Source of the DNA: a virus
Taxonomy: Duplodnaviria; Caudoviricetes
Length of the DNA stretch: 64,000 nucleotides
Reading direction: 5' to 3' (one strand)
IMG/VR virus record: IMGVR_UViG_3300012979_000002
Span: 1 to 64,000 of that record
The translations under genes and the position numbers were made by a program. The notes below the pieces were generated by a model that had not been told where the DNA came from, made no database searches, and saw nothing but the letters and a program-made list of their open reading frames with translations. Shown piece by piece: positions 36,015 to 47,500 of the stretch; position 1 is the first letter of the stretch; each line of letters opens with the position of its first letter.

Positions 36015-39000
36015 ATGAATAATAAAAGAATTCAAGCACAAATGCAAATAGATGTTTCATTTGTTGGGAAAACAACCAATCTCGTAAAAGATTTACAGTC
36101 TGGCATTAAATCTTTAGACCTTAGCTCCGCTTTAACGAAAAATATAGGGTCTAATCTAAATAAAAGTTTTAAAGACATTTATGCTAACTTAGACCGTATG
36201 GCTGAAGGATTAAGCAAGAAAGGCTTAAGTCCAAAACAATACAACATATTTTTCGATACCATCAATGCGAAGGTAAACGAAACTGCCCAAATTTTTGGCA
36301 ATTTGAAGAAAACATTAGATGATGTTTATAATAGTGAAGAAAACAAGAAAGCGATTAAGGATTTAACAACCTTAAAGAAAGAGCTTGAAGGAATTAATAA
36401 AGTAGTTGCTAATCAAAAGAAACTACAAACAAGGCAAAACACAGCTAAAACAAAAATTAAAGACTTGACTGGTTATGATTATGATGCCATTAAAGGAGAG
36501 TTAAGAAAAATTATTAACCGTCAAGGTACGGGTAAAGATTTAACATCGGGACAAGAAAAATGGTTATATCAAGATTTAAAACTTAGTAAGGAAGAGGCGG
36601 CTGAGGTTTTAAAACTTTTCAAACAAATAGATAGCTTAAGACAGAAAGAATCAGACAATACAAAAGAATTTGGGTCTGACCCTTTTAAGACAAAAATAGA
36701 CACCGAGAAGAAGATAGCTCAATTAGAAAAAACAGCTTATACGGCAGATGCTCACAAACATAACTTGAGTGTGTTTAGACAAGAAGAGCAAGCTCTACAA
36801 GATGTATATAATATTTCGGACACTCTATTAAGTCACTGGAATAGTGAGGTGCCTAGAGCTACACAAGAGGCCAAAGAATTAGCAGAAGCACAAAGTACCA
36901 TTAAAGAGATTTTTGCTCAATTTGGTATTACATTCTCAGCGGCTACACTTGTACGTGGTTTCCAAGACTTAGTAAGAGAAGCATTTAACTTCTATAAAGC
37001 CTTAGACAGTGCTTTAAATGAAATATATGTAGTTAGTAATTTAACTATTAATGAAGTAAATAAATTGCAAACAAGTTTCGTTGACATGGCGAAAACAACA
37101 GGAATGTCTATAGATGACATTACTCGTTCAGCGACTTTATTCTTTCAACAAGGTTTGGATACTGAAGAAGCTATGACCATGACTAAGGTTACTTCTGAGT
37201 TTGCGAAAGTAGCTGGTATAGATGCTACTAGTGCAGCTGACAAATTAACAGCGGCAGTTAATGGTTATTGTTTAGCGGCAGAAGATGCGGCTAGAGTAGC
37301 TGACAAATTTAACAAAGTAGCAGCAGCATCTGCAGCAGACATTGATGAGTTATCAACAGCGTTCTCTAAAGCGGCAGCACAAGCTAACCAAGCCGGAGTA
37401 GGAATGGATAACTACTTAGCATACATAGCAACAATGGTTGAAGCAACACGTGAAGCACCAGAAAACATAGGTACATCATTAAAAACAATCATGTCACGTA
37501 TGCAACAAGTTAAGATGTCAGGAACTACTGAAGATGGAGAAACAGACGTTAACCAAGTAGAAACGGCATTAAAATCAGTTGGAGTAGCTTTAAGAGATGC
37601 TCAAGGTGAATTAAGAAATCTTGAAGATGTATTCGCAGAGTTAGGACCTAAGTGGCAATCATTAGATAGAAATACTCAAGCTTATTTAGGAACTATCATC
37701 GCCGGTACTCGTCAACAATCTCGTTTCATTACATTAATGCAAAACTGGGACCGTGTATTAGACTTAGCAGACCAAAGTGCTAATAGTGCTGGAATGCAAT
37801 CATTGATGCACGCCAAAGCAATGGAAAGCGTAGAATCAAAACTACAACAATTAAATGTAGCTTGGCAAGAATTTGTATCTAACTTAACTGACTCAGGGAC
37901 AATTAAAGTTGTAATAGAATTATTAACAAAATTAGTAGACGCCTTGAACGATGGTACAAAACCTTTAATGTTAATAAGTGGTATTGTAGGATTATTAGGG
38001 CCTAAGATTGCTAAGTTAAATAAACCGTTAGGAAATATGGTTAAACATATGAAAGACGGAATAAAAGGAGTAGCTGCTTCCGTTAAGGGAGTAATTACTA
38101 AGAAGGGAGTTCAAGACAACCCTGCATATTTTACATCTGAAGCAGAGAAGAACTTTGCTATGGCTGACATTAAAATGCAAGTAGATGCCAATAGACAATT
38201 ACAAACTAGAATGCAAATGCGTTATGACGAACTTAAACTACAAGGGTATACAATAGATAATAACCAAGAGATGGTTGAGTTAGAATGCATGATTAATAAA
38301 GCCAAAGAAGATGGTGTAAAACTATCGACTAAACAAATGGAAATTTCCAACAAAGAGGTTATGACTAAAAAACAAGCAATGCAAAACGCTATTATGGCTT
38401 TTGAAGTTGCAGCTCAATCTATTTCTATGATGTTGTCAGAAGTAGATGAAGCAGCAGCTGGAGCTGTATCTGGAGTGAGTGGAGTAGTTGCTGGAGTTGG
38501 TAAGATAGCCACTGGAGATATTGTTGGAGGTACTATTTCCACTATAATGGGTGTTATTCAATTAGTTGAAACATTTAAAGATTGGGATGAAAAGATGGCC
38601 AACAAATTGTCAGAAGCAGCTAATAATATTAATCAGGCTGCCACTGAATTGAGTAATACTAAAACACAAATTAATTCTACTAATGAGTTGTTAGACAGAT
38701 ATGATGAGTTACAAAACAAAATCTATCGTACAGCAGCAGAGCAAGAAGAATTAAATGACATAGCTCAACAAATGGCAGACTCTTTTGATAGTGTTGAAGC
38801 CATTACAGACGCGTATGGTAATTTAACCATTAATGTAGCTAATGCTCGTCAAGAGTTAGCTAATTTACAAGAACAATACAATGAACAATTTGAAGATTTG
38901 AATAAAACAGAAAAAGACAGTGTGTTAGATGCTACTTCTGGTTTAGGTAACACCAATACTTTAACAGAGGCTTACGAGAAGGTATGGTCTACTAATAGAG

Positions 39001-42000
39001 GTACATATCGTGGTATGCTAAAAGGAGTAAAAGATGGTCTAACAGACGAAAGTCGTAATGTATCAAAAGCTGTTGCGCAGGAGTTTAGTGAAAACCTAAA
39101 AGACGCCATTACCGATGAGGTAGAACACAATAGTTTAAAATACGGACATAAAGGATTATTAACTTCAATGGTAGATTTAGAAGAAGGAGTCACAGGAGAC
39201 CTTGAGAGCGAAGATTGGAATGAATTATACAATCAAATGAATGTTCTAGAACAAAACCTAGGGGATATGACTTTTGCTCAAGTACAAGAAAGTTTAGATA
39301 ATTTCTATAATAGCTGGTCAGGTAAAAATCAAACTACGTTAGAAGAGTGGCAGTTATTAAAAGATACTATTAATGGTACGTTGTATGATAATTCATCATT
39401 ATTACAATTTTATAAATCTACTGAAGAAACCATGAACAAATTAACAGACGATGACACTAAAGATATTTTAAAGGCGATGGATAATGTTATTAAGGAAGGC
39501 GCCGAATATCAAGTCACTAAGGCTGGATACATGGCAGGTGGAGCTGCTATTGGGGCTGGAGTTGGTGCTGCCGGTGGAGCTATCGGTGGAGCCATCGGAA
39601 CCTTTGGTGCAGGAGCGGTGCCAGCAGCTATAGCCGGGGCTAAAATAGGAGCTGGTGTAGGAGCGGCCGGAGGAGCGATAGCTGCATATTTCTCTAAAGA
39701 CGCTAAAGAATACCGTTTAGCAAAGAAAGAGTTAAAAGAAATTATCAAAGAAAATGAAGAAACTTTAAAACAAATAATGGAATCCAACAAAAACTTAAAG
39801 ACTGAGGAAGACGCGCTTAAATGGGTATATGCTCAAAATCAAGTGGCTGAGGCTTTAAAGAATACAACTCAAGAAACACAAAACTATTTGTCTGGTTTAG
39901 AGTCTTTATATGATATGTCAGGATTAGACGCAGAGCAAGCTGCTCAGTTCTCAACCGATTTACAATCAGCTTTAAGCCAAATTGAATTAGGTGGAACAGA
40001 CGCTGAAAAATATAATTATTTAGCTAAATGGTACGAAGAAAACCAAGATTCAATGACCGAAGAAATGAGAGAACATTGGCAAGAAATTTTAGACGATGCC
40101 TTCGATGGTTTAAAAATAACTGGACGAATGACTTTCTCACAAATTGGTAATGAATTAAAATCTATTAGCACCGACTTACAATCAATTAATAAATTAACTG
40201 CTGATTTCACTAAGAATGGCGGAATGGCATTAGATAGCTTTATTGAATTAGCTGGTATATTAGATGACATTAGCGCTGGAATAGGAGATTTGGGTCAATT
40301 ACCAGATGGAGCAAAATATGTAGATGAATACATAGATGCGATTGACCAATTAAATTTAGCTTATGATGCTAATACAGGTTATATCACAATGAATGGTGAT
40401 TCATTACAAACTCTACAAAAAATACAAGAAATACAAACTAAAGCAAAAATCGCTGGTATGATAGCAGATTTAAAAGCTAGTCGTGCTACTACAGAAACTG
40501 AGTTAGCATATATAGATGCTCAAATTGCAGCAACAGATGCCGCTATTGAAATGCTAGGAGCAGAAGCTGGTACAAAAATTACACAGTCTCAATTAATGAG
40601 CCAAGCTGATGCTGAATACATGAATGTGTTTGATTCTAAGATGGCCGACATCACAGCAGGATATAAAAACGATGTAACAAACAACAGTGAATGGGCAACC
40701 ACTATTTTAAATAATATAGGTGCGGTAAGTGCTGGATGGAATAAATATTTTACAGGTATTAGAGATGGTTCAGAAATACCTTTAGATGAGATTTATGGCA
40801 AAGCTGATACTGTATTAGATGGAAAGGACCACAAGTGGGAAGCCTCTTATGGAACTTCAGGTATCGATTGGAAATCTTATAGCGGTACTTTAACTACAGG
40901 GTCTGAGGAAGCAAACAGATTAAAAGCTGAACTAGAAGAGTATCGTACAAAACTAGTTAACACTCGTAAAGAGTATCAAGCTACCCTAGATACTACTAAT
41001 GCACAAATCAAAATGTTAGAAGGCATGATGGGTATGGATTTATCTAAATTAGGTTTAGATGGAGCCGTTGAAGAATTAGATAAATACATTGGAAAATTAC
41101 AAGAAATCTATAACATCTTAAATCGTATCCAAAACTTAGAACATCGCTTAAGTACTCTAGATACTTATTCAGAAATAGCGGTTGGAGAAGACTATGGTAA
41201 GTACTATAAAGAAAGATTAAAATACACCGAAGAGTTGAGTGACCAATACAAGTTCTTAGTAACAGAGCAAAAGAAATTCACTAACGGTTATATGGAATTT
41301 ATAGAGAACAGTGCCGTAGGAGACGTATTTGATTTTGACGAATTTGGTCAAATTATTATTGACTTTGAAAAGTATAACGCTTTACAAGATACAGCAGCTG
41401 ATGGTGAGAAGTCATTAAAAGAACAAGCTGATGAATTGTATGAAACTTACACTGGTATGTATGAGGAATTACAAGGATACTTTGATGAGTATATAACTTA
41501 CTTACAAAAAGCTATTGACTTACACCAAGAAGCGATTGACTCTTATGTAGAAGTAGAAAACACTATGGCAGATGCTATTAAAGAAATCTACCAAAAAATA
41601 CTAGATACTAAGTTAGAGGCAATTGACAAAGAAAAAGAAGCTCTAGAAGAATTAAAAGAAGCTAGAGAGCAAGCAAGAAAAGACCAAGAAAATGCTAAAG
41701 AAATTAGTGGATTACAAACTAACATCCAACGTGCGATGATGGATACATCAGGAGCTTCAGACATAGCATTCATAAAAGCTCAACAAGATATGACAGATAA
41801 ATTGGAAGCTATAGCTGATGACAAATACGCAGAAGAACTAGATAATATTATAAATCGTCTAGAAGAAGAGAAAGACACTCTACAACATAATTTTGATGAA
41901 ATGTTTGAAAACACTGATTGGCTATTCGGTTTCATTGAAGAAAACATCATGAACGACGAAGCTAAGATACAACAAATCTTAGAACAAACCGACAATTGGC

Positions 42001-42977
42001 AAACACAAAGTAATTTAGAACGTAAACAACAACTAGAGGCGTTAAGTACCGATTACAACACTTATATGTCTGCCTTAAGAGGAAAAGATGGTGAAGAAGG
42101 TACTATCTATGGTGTATGGAATAAATTACAAGAATTAAAAGGAGCAACTGAGGCCTTAGATAAAGCCCTACAAACTCGCGAAGTAAATGTAGGAACAGCA
42201 GTAGCTAACGCTATCGCAGCTGGCATCCAATCCAACAATTCTAATCCTGGAGGAAATGGAAATGGTGGAAACGGTGGTGGTGGCGGAGGCGGCGGCGGAG
42301 GCGGCGGGGGTGATGAGTATTATACCATTACCTGGGATTATGGTTACGACAACAAGAAAGAACCTCATAAAGTTATTAAAGGTAACCAAATTACGCTTCC
42401 TAAACTAGCTCGTACCGGCTACGAATTTGATGGATGGGATATTCCTTCTAAAAAGATTTGTTCAGTTGGAGCATACACTTATACTCCTACTGGCAACGAA
42501 ACAGTTACCGCAAGATGGAAGGCGCCAAAAACATCTACTACATCTACAACAACCAAGAAGACTGGTACTACTACAACTTACAGCCCTTATGCTGGAAATA
42601 ATAGAGGTATCTTAAGTGGAGTTGATACTCGTATTCCTACTAATAACCGTGGTTATTCTCATGGTGGACTTATAGACTTTACTGGTTATGCTATGTTGCA
42701 TGGCTCTATGACTAGACCAGAGATGGTTTTAGATGCCTTACAAACTAAACACTTTATAGATTTCACTGAAGCATTAGATGAAATGTATCGTGAAAGAGAT
42801 AGCTTCCGAACTTCTTATGAAGGAGGAAATATCACAATAGGTTCAATCGAATTTAATGTTGACTCAATGTCATCTGTTGAAGATGGTAGAGATGCTTTTG
42901 AGGCATTTGTAGATGAGTTCAAAAAAATTGGAGAGAGAACCGGAATTAAAATAAACACTTTTAAAAACATACTTTAG
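36015..42977 (+). CDS. tail tape measure protein
   Basis: ~2320 aa, coiled-coil; TP901-type core (ATREAPENIGTSLKTIMSR, AGTRQ..RF..LM.NW); C-terminal GG..D.TG..MLHG...PE.VL. Confidence 0.92.
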   Translation: MNNKRIQAQMQIDVSFVGKTTNLVKDLQSGIKSLDLSSALTKNIGSNLNKSFKDIYANLDRMAEGLSKKGLSPKQYNIFFDTINAKVNETAQIFGNLKKTLDDVYNSEENKKAIKDLTTLKKELEGINKVVANQKKLQTRQNTAKTKIKDLTGYDYDAIKGELRKIINRQGTGKDLTSGQEKWLYQDLKLSKEEAAEVLKLFKQIDSLRQKESDNTKEFGSDPFKTKIDTEKKIAQLEKTAYTADAHKHNLSVFRQEEQALQDVYNISDTLLSHWNSEVPRATQEAKELAEAQSTIKEIFAQFGITFSAATLVRGFQDLVREAFNFYKALDSALNEIYVVSNLTINEVNKLQTSFVDMAKTTGMSIDDITRSATLFFQQGLDTEEAMTMTKVTSEFAKVAGIDATSAADKLTAAVNGYCLAAEDAARVADKFNKVAAASAADIDELSTAFSKAAAQANQAGVGMDNYLAYIATMVEATREAPENIGTSLKTIMSRMQQVKMSGTTEDGETDVNQVETALKSVGVALRDAQGELRNLEDVFAELGPKWQSLDRNTQAYLGTIIAGTRQQSRFITLMQNWDRVLDLADQSANSAGMQSLMHAKAMESVESKLQQLNVAWQEFVSNLTDSGTIKVVIELLTKLVDALNDGTKPLMLISGIVGLLGPKIAKLNKPLGNMVKHMKDGIKGVAASVKGVITKKGVQDNPAYFTSEAEKNFAMADIKMQVDANRQLQTRMQMRYDELKLQGYTIDNNQEMVELECMINKAKEDGVKLSTKQMEISNKEVMTKKQAMQNAIMAFEVAAQSISMMLSEVDEAAAGAVSGVSGVVAGVGKIATGDIVGGTISTIMGVIQLVETFKDWDEKMANKLSEAANNINQAATELSNTKTQINSTNELLDRYDELQNKIYRTAAEQEELNDIAQQMADSFDSVEAITDAYGNLTINVANARQELANLQEQYNEQFEDLNKTEKDSVLDATSGLGNTNTLTEAYEKVWSTNRGTYRGMLKGVKDGLTDESRNVSKAVAQEFSENLKDAITDEVEHNSLKYGHKGLLTSMVDLEEGVTGDLESEDWNELYNQMNVLEQNLGDMTFAQVQESLDNFYNSWSGKNQTTLEEWQLLKDTINGTLYDNSSLLQFYKSTEETMNKLTDDDTKDILKAMDNVIKEGAEYQVTKAGYMAGGAAIGAGVGAAGGAIGGAIGTFGAGAVPAAIAGAKIGAGVGAAGGAIAAYFSKDAKEYRLAKKELKEIIKENEETLKQIMESNKNLKTEEDALKWVYAQNQVAEALKNTTQETQNYLSGLESLYDMSGLDAEQAAQFSTDLQSALSQIELGGTDAEKYNYLAKWYEENQDSMTEEMREHWQEILDDAFDGLKITGRMTFSQIGNELKSISTDLQSINKLTADFTKNGGMALDSFIELAGILDDISAGIGDLGQLPDGAKYVDEYIDAIDQLNLAYDANTGYITMNGDSLQTLQKIQEIQTKAKIAGMIADLKASRATTETELAYIDAQIAATDAAIEMLGAEAGTKITQSQLMSQADAEYMNVFDSKMADITAGYKNDVTNNSEWATTILNNIGAVSAGWNKYFTGIRDGSEIPLDEIYGKADTVLDGKDHKWEASYGTSGIDWKSYSGTLTTGSEEANRLKAELEEYRTKLVNTRKEYQATLDTTNAQIKMLEGMMGMDLSKLGLDGAVEELDKYIGKLQEIYNILNRIQNLEHRLSTLDTYSEIAVGEDYGKYYKERLKYTEELSDQYKFLVTEQKKFTNGYMEFIENSAVGDVFDFDEFGQIIIDFEKYNALQDTAADGEKSLKEQADELYETYTGMYEELQGYFDEYITYLQKAIDLHQEAIDSYVEVENTMADAIKEIYQKILDTKLEAIDKEKEALEELKEAREQARKDQENAKEISGLQTNIQRAMMDTSGASDIAFIKAQQDMTDKLEAIADDKYAEELDNIINRLEEEKDTLQHNFDEMFENTDWLFGFIEENIMNDEAKIQQILEQTDNWQTQSNLERKQQLEALSTDYNTYMSALRGKDGEEGTIYGVWNKLQELKGATEALDKALQTREVNVGTAVANAIAAGIQSNNSNPGGNGNGGNGGGGGGGGGGGGGDEYYTITWDYGYDNKKEPHKVIKGNQITLPKLARTGYEFDGWDIPSKKICSVGAYTYTPTGNETVTARWKAPKTSTTSTTTKKTGTTTTYSPYAGNNRGILSGVDTRIPTNNRGYSHGGLIDFTGYAMLHGSMTRPEMVLDALQTKHFIDFTEALDEMYRERDSFRTSYEGGNITIGSIEFNVDSMSSVEDGRDAFEAFVDEFKKIGERTGIKINTFKNIL

Positions 42978-42978
42978 G

Positions 42979-43010
42979 ACGTAGCGCTTAGGCGCTGCGT
43001 TCTTTTATTT
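42979..43010 (+). terminator. intrinsic terminator
   Basis: ACGTAGCGC-TTAG-GCGCTGCGT plus T-run. Confidence 0.8.
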
Positions 43011-43065
43011 TTACTCTCTTTTGACTACTTATTATTAGAGAGAATTAAATAATAGGAGGGAAAAT

Positions 43066-44571
43066 ATGGTCAGAAGCGTAAAGACCGGAGAGCTATTTGC
43101 GACTTTTAATTATGACGGAAAAGACTGTGCCGACATGGGTATTTATAATGTTACCAGTGGGGCTGTTTATACAATGAACATTGAACCTACTTTTTCGGAC
43201 AAGAAATTAGAAGTACCAGCTTACGACGGTAAATATTATTATGGCACACAAATAACTGGACAACAATTTCAGTTTAATTGTTTTTGCCACGATTTGTTAG
43301 CAACGGAATATGATAGAATGAGAGCTTGGTTAAATCCAAGAAAAATTGGTAGATTAATTTTATCTGACCAGCCATACAAATACTATTTAGTTAAACCTGT
43401 TAGTGTATCTACATTAGGAGCTTATCCTTTAACTACAATTCAAACACCACAAAATTCATTGTTTGGTAGATACGCACCAGAAGATGTAGTTTATACAGGA
43501 AACTTCACAGTTACTTTTGAAACCGTAGGGTCAGCCTATGGATACGGGTTAAGCTATTATAGGGATGATTTAATTTATGACGCCGTATTTGTTTACGGTA
43601 AAAACTATTATTATGACACAGGACTTTTATATAAAGATATGTGTCCAAAGGCTAATTGGGAAATACAAGCCAATGCAGAATTACAGCCAATTCCTTTATA
43701 TAATCCAGGAAGCGCAGCTATAGCTCCTAGATACTTAATCCATTATGAAGGAGTTTGTAGTAAGAATACTTTTATTCAATTTACAAATAATACAACAAAT
43801 ACCTCAATGGTAGTGGACATGAGTGATTTAGGTGGAGACATGGTTTTAGACTTGGCATCACAAACAATTACTCAAACAGTTATTATTACAGATGAAAACG
43901 GCAAGGAAGTTAAAACAGAGAAACATTACTATGGTCGTTTTACTGGACAGTCATTAACCCTAAACCCACATGGCGAAATTATAGACATACCAGAAACGTT
44001 CACTGTTAATGATGAGAATGTAGCTCTATTTGAATTTAACACTTTTTATATTGTGGGCAATAGAGTATATTTTACAGGTTTTGGCCCAGTTAAAATTACA
44101 CAAGACTTAGTTGGTAAGTACTTTAGTGTTAATCATAACGGAGGTAGTAGAATAATTGCCGTGGACGAAACCCAATCAATTTTAACACTTGACCCAGATG
44201 TATTAACATATGACATTCCTAGACAAGGATGTCGTTATATTTATCGAGAAGTAGATAATGTATTACCATCAGATGATGATGGTACTATAGGAGAAGTTTG
44301 TGTTGTAGATGAAGTCTGGTATACATACCGTTACGATAAATGGGAAAAAACTAGTCTATTCTCTACCAAAGACGAATTCAAAGACTCTCGTGGAAATTAT
44401 ATAGCAATATACAGACCACTAGGAGCGACTATAGTGGAATTGGATAATTTAGTAATCACTACAGGAAACCACATCTCATACAAAGATGCGGCTGATAATA
44501 ATACAATTAAAGAAGGCAATAGTATGAACAGCTTTACTATGGAAGCTGAAATACTGCCTAGATATTTATAG
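43066..44571 (+). CDS. distal tail protein (Dit), extended
   Basis: F.YDGK...MGI...VP..DG.YY.G...WL....G.LILSD.PYKYY; follows the TMP. Confidence 0.8.
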   Translation: MVRSVKTGELFATFNYDGKDCADMGIYNVTSGAVYTMNIEPTFSDKKLEVPAYDGKYYYGTQITGQQFQFNCFCHDLLATEYDRMRAWLNPRKIGRLILSDQPYKYYLVKPVSVSTLGAYPLTTIQTPQNSLFGRYAPEDVVYTGNFTVTFETVGSAYGYGLSYYRDDLIYDAVFVYGKNYYYDTGLLYKDMCPKANWEIQANAELQPIPLYNPGSAAIAPRYLIHYEGVCSKNTFIQFTNNTTNTSMVVDMSDLGGDMVLDLASQTITQTVIITDENGKEVKTEKHYYGRFTGQSLTLNPHGEIIDIPETFTVNDENVALFEFNTFYIVGNRVYFTGFGPVKITQDLVGKYFSVNHNGGSRIIAVDETQSILTLDPDVLTYDIPRQGCRYIYREVDNVLPSDDDGTIGEVCVVDEVWYTYRYDKWEKTSLFSTKDEFKDSRGNYIAIYRPLGATIVELDNLVITTGNHISYKDAADNNTIKEGNSMNSFTMEAEILPRYL

Positions 44572-44585
44572 GAGGTGCACTAAGG

Positions 44586-47500
44586 ATGCAAGATTTTATA
44601 AGAATACGTGGGGAAATAATTTCTTCTCCATTAAACGAGAACTTTAGAAGACTATTAAACCAAATCAGTATCTCTAATACCAACTTGGTGTTCCCAGAAG
44701 AAAACGCCATAGTAAATACTTTAGATGACAGAGATGCTATTAAAAACCCAGATGATGCTCAAGTATGCTATGTTGTATCTAGTGGTGAATTATATCGTTT
44801 TTCTAAAAAAGATGACAAATGGTATAAAATTATGGACATCGGGCAAACCTTTAGACAAGGTTTTTTAAACTCTGGAGCAGTAGTATTAGAAGACATTATT
44901 AAACTAGAAGAAGGTAGCAACACAATACTGTCAATGCCTGATATGCTAGTTTATTTCAAAAACAAAGAAGGAGATAACAGATACCTTAAAGGTATGTACA
45001 AAATTGATGCTCAATCATTTGACGTGTCTCCTTATATAAGCAGTGCAGGAGCATTCTCTATCTTCATTGATGAGAACCAACACTATTTTATTAATGCAGG
45101 TATGCCTACTACAGACACTCCTAGCAACATTTACATAGGTTCATTTTTAACAGACAAGGAATCTCATGTAAGGTCTGATTTTATTTACACTATACCAGAC
45201 ATTGCTTACACCGCAGATAGAGGACATTTCTTCGTAGATGGTGGTAAAGTTAGTGGTTTAGATTTAGCACCAGCTTCAGGTAAGAAGATTGGACGTAAAG
45301 AAGGTTTTTATTATGATGAAGGTATCAGTTGTACTTTGGGAAGTACAGATGCTTTCCCAGCAGATACAGATAACGGGTCAAACTTTAACTTAAAATGGTT
45401 CCCAGCAGAAACCGAAACCGGTAATTTATATTATGCTTATCCTGTTGATACAATTAGTAATGGTTTTGAGCAAGTTCAAACCAATGAATTGATTATAGAT
45501 AAATTCTACAACCCAGACACAAAACAACTTGAGAAAGTAGAGAGTGGCTCATTTACTATACAACACCATTTAGTTACACCAAATGGTCAAAACATAATGA
45601 TTTATGGGCAAGCAGTTTACAACTCTTTTGTAGATGCTCAATCTAACTTAAACACTCCATTAGCAATTGATGCTGATTTCCCTTTTGCAGAAGTAACGAG
45701 AGTTATAGTAGGAAATGTAAGTGGATTTAGCACAGCCCATGAAACTGATTGTGATTTCTTTGTAATGCAACGTTTGGCACAAGTAGGAACTATCAGTCCT
45801 GTATTTGCTGATAATATTTTTACACTTTACAGTGGAGATGCAGAAGATGATGTTCCATCTCAAGTAAAATTCAGTTTAAAACAATTACAAAAAACACAGT
45901 TTAATAATGTTTATACTCTAAACATTAAAACAGATAAAGATAAAGAGTATTTGTTTGCTCTAGATAAACAATACTTATATGGGCATAACGATGCAACTAC
46001 CAATTCGACTATGTCTATCGCTGACAGGATTACAAACAGAGATTATACAAATAAAGTAGATGCAGTTTATGGTTACACAATACCAACTGAACATGATATA
46101 ACCACTTTACGTGATAGGGTTACTGCTATTGAAACAGAATTGTGGAAAGCTCCAGATGCTAAAGCTACTTTAGAAACATTAGAACAAAATATAGTTAATC
46201 AAAGCGTGCGCTTTAGATTATATGATATAGAGCGTAGAGCAACCTTAAATGAAACAGAAATTAAAAATCACGCTCGCGAATTAACTAGATTAAATTTAGT
46301 TAAGGTAGAAAAAGAAACAAGTATTAATGGTCATCCTCTTGGAGACCCAGAGAAAACAACTGTTGAACATATTACTCTATATACAGGGGACATTACTGAG
46401 GGCGCTGGTTTAAATAATAAGCCTAAGAACCTATGGTATACAGAGACTCGTGTTAGTAAAAACCCAGATGTAAAAAATGCTACAGACCATATTAACACAT
46501 TTGGTAGCGGCGCTGAGTCTACTAAAAACCCTCATAGACTAAGTACAGATGATTTAACTGTTGGAAGCAATAAGTTTGTTACACAAAACGACTTAAATAA
46601 ATTAGCAAATGTACCTGCTAATACAAATAATGAGTTAAATAAAAAATTAGAAAGTATTACTATACAATCACTTACAGGTACATCACCTACAACATTAGGA
46701 AAAGTTGATACAATAGCTGTAAAAACTTTTGGGGCTAAAATTTCGGTTGATGAAACTAACCGTATAGCTACTTTAGAATGTGTTGGTCAAATGGACCCAA
46801 ATGATTATATGTCTAAAGCTGATTATGCACATACATCAATGAATGACTCATCTAAATTTGGTTATGTAGATAAAGCCTTAAAGGCAGACAATTTAACAGC
46901 CGTTGCGGATGGAACTCCTAGCCAATACTACGGTACAAACGTAGATGGTATAGCTGGTGTTTATGATTTACCTAAATGGGTAGATACAGAAGACCCAGAG
47001 CGTGTTTTAACAGCAGATGCTGAATCAGTTATGTTCCAACCAGTACCACACAGTATTACTTTAAAACATTTAGCTAATAGTAAGGTATTATATACAAACT
47101 ACAATGAAGAAACTAAATTAAATACTAATGTATATGATTTAGTTAAAAATCATTATCATAAAGTATATAACGATGCTGTGCAAGGACCTTATTCAAATGC
47201 GAATAATACAGACCCAGTGGAAGCTACTGTATATTATGCTTACACAATCCCATCAGGCGGACTAAAGGGACAAACTTACCAATTTGCATGTGGCAATGAT
47301 TTATACCAATTCGCTGGTACCACTTCGATGGTTGCCGGTATGATATTACAATTTAATCCAAAAACCAAAACATTAGTATATGGTAATTTAAAACCTAATA
47401 CAGATTATACTATAAACAATCCAGTAACAGTAGGAGTAGACACACTTGAAGTCGACGACGTTAAGGAAGAGTTGTGGTTAGATTTTACTACTCAGACCGA

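Noticed and set aside
35430-36015. Programmed -1 frameshift in the tail assembly chaperone
   Set aside because: No downstream overlapping ORF exists between the candidate chaperone and the TMP.
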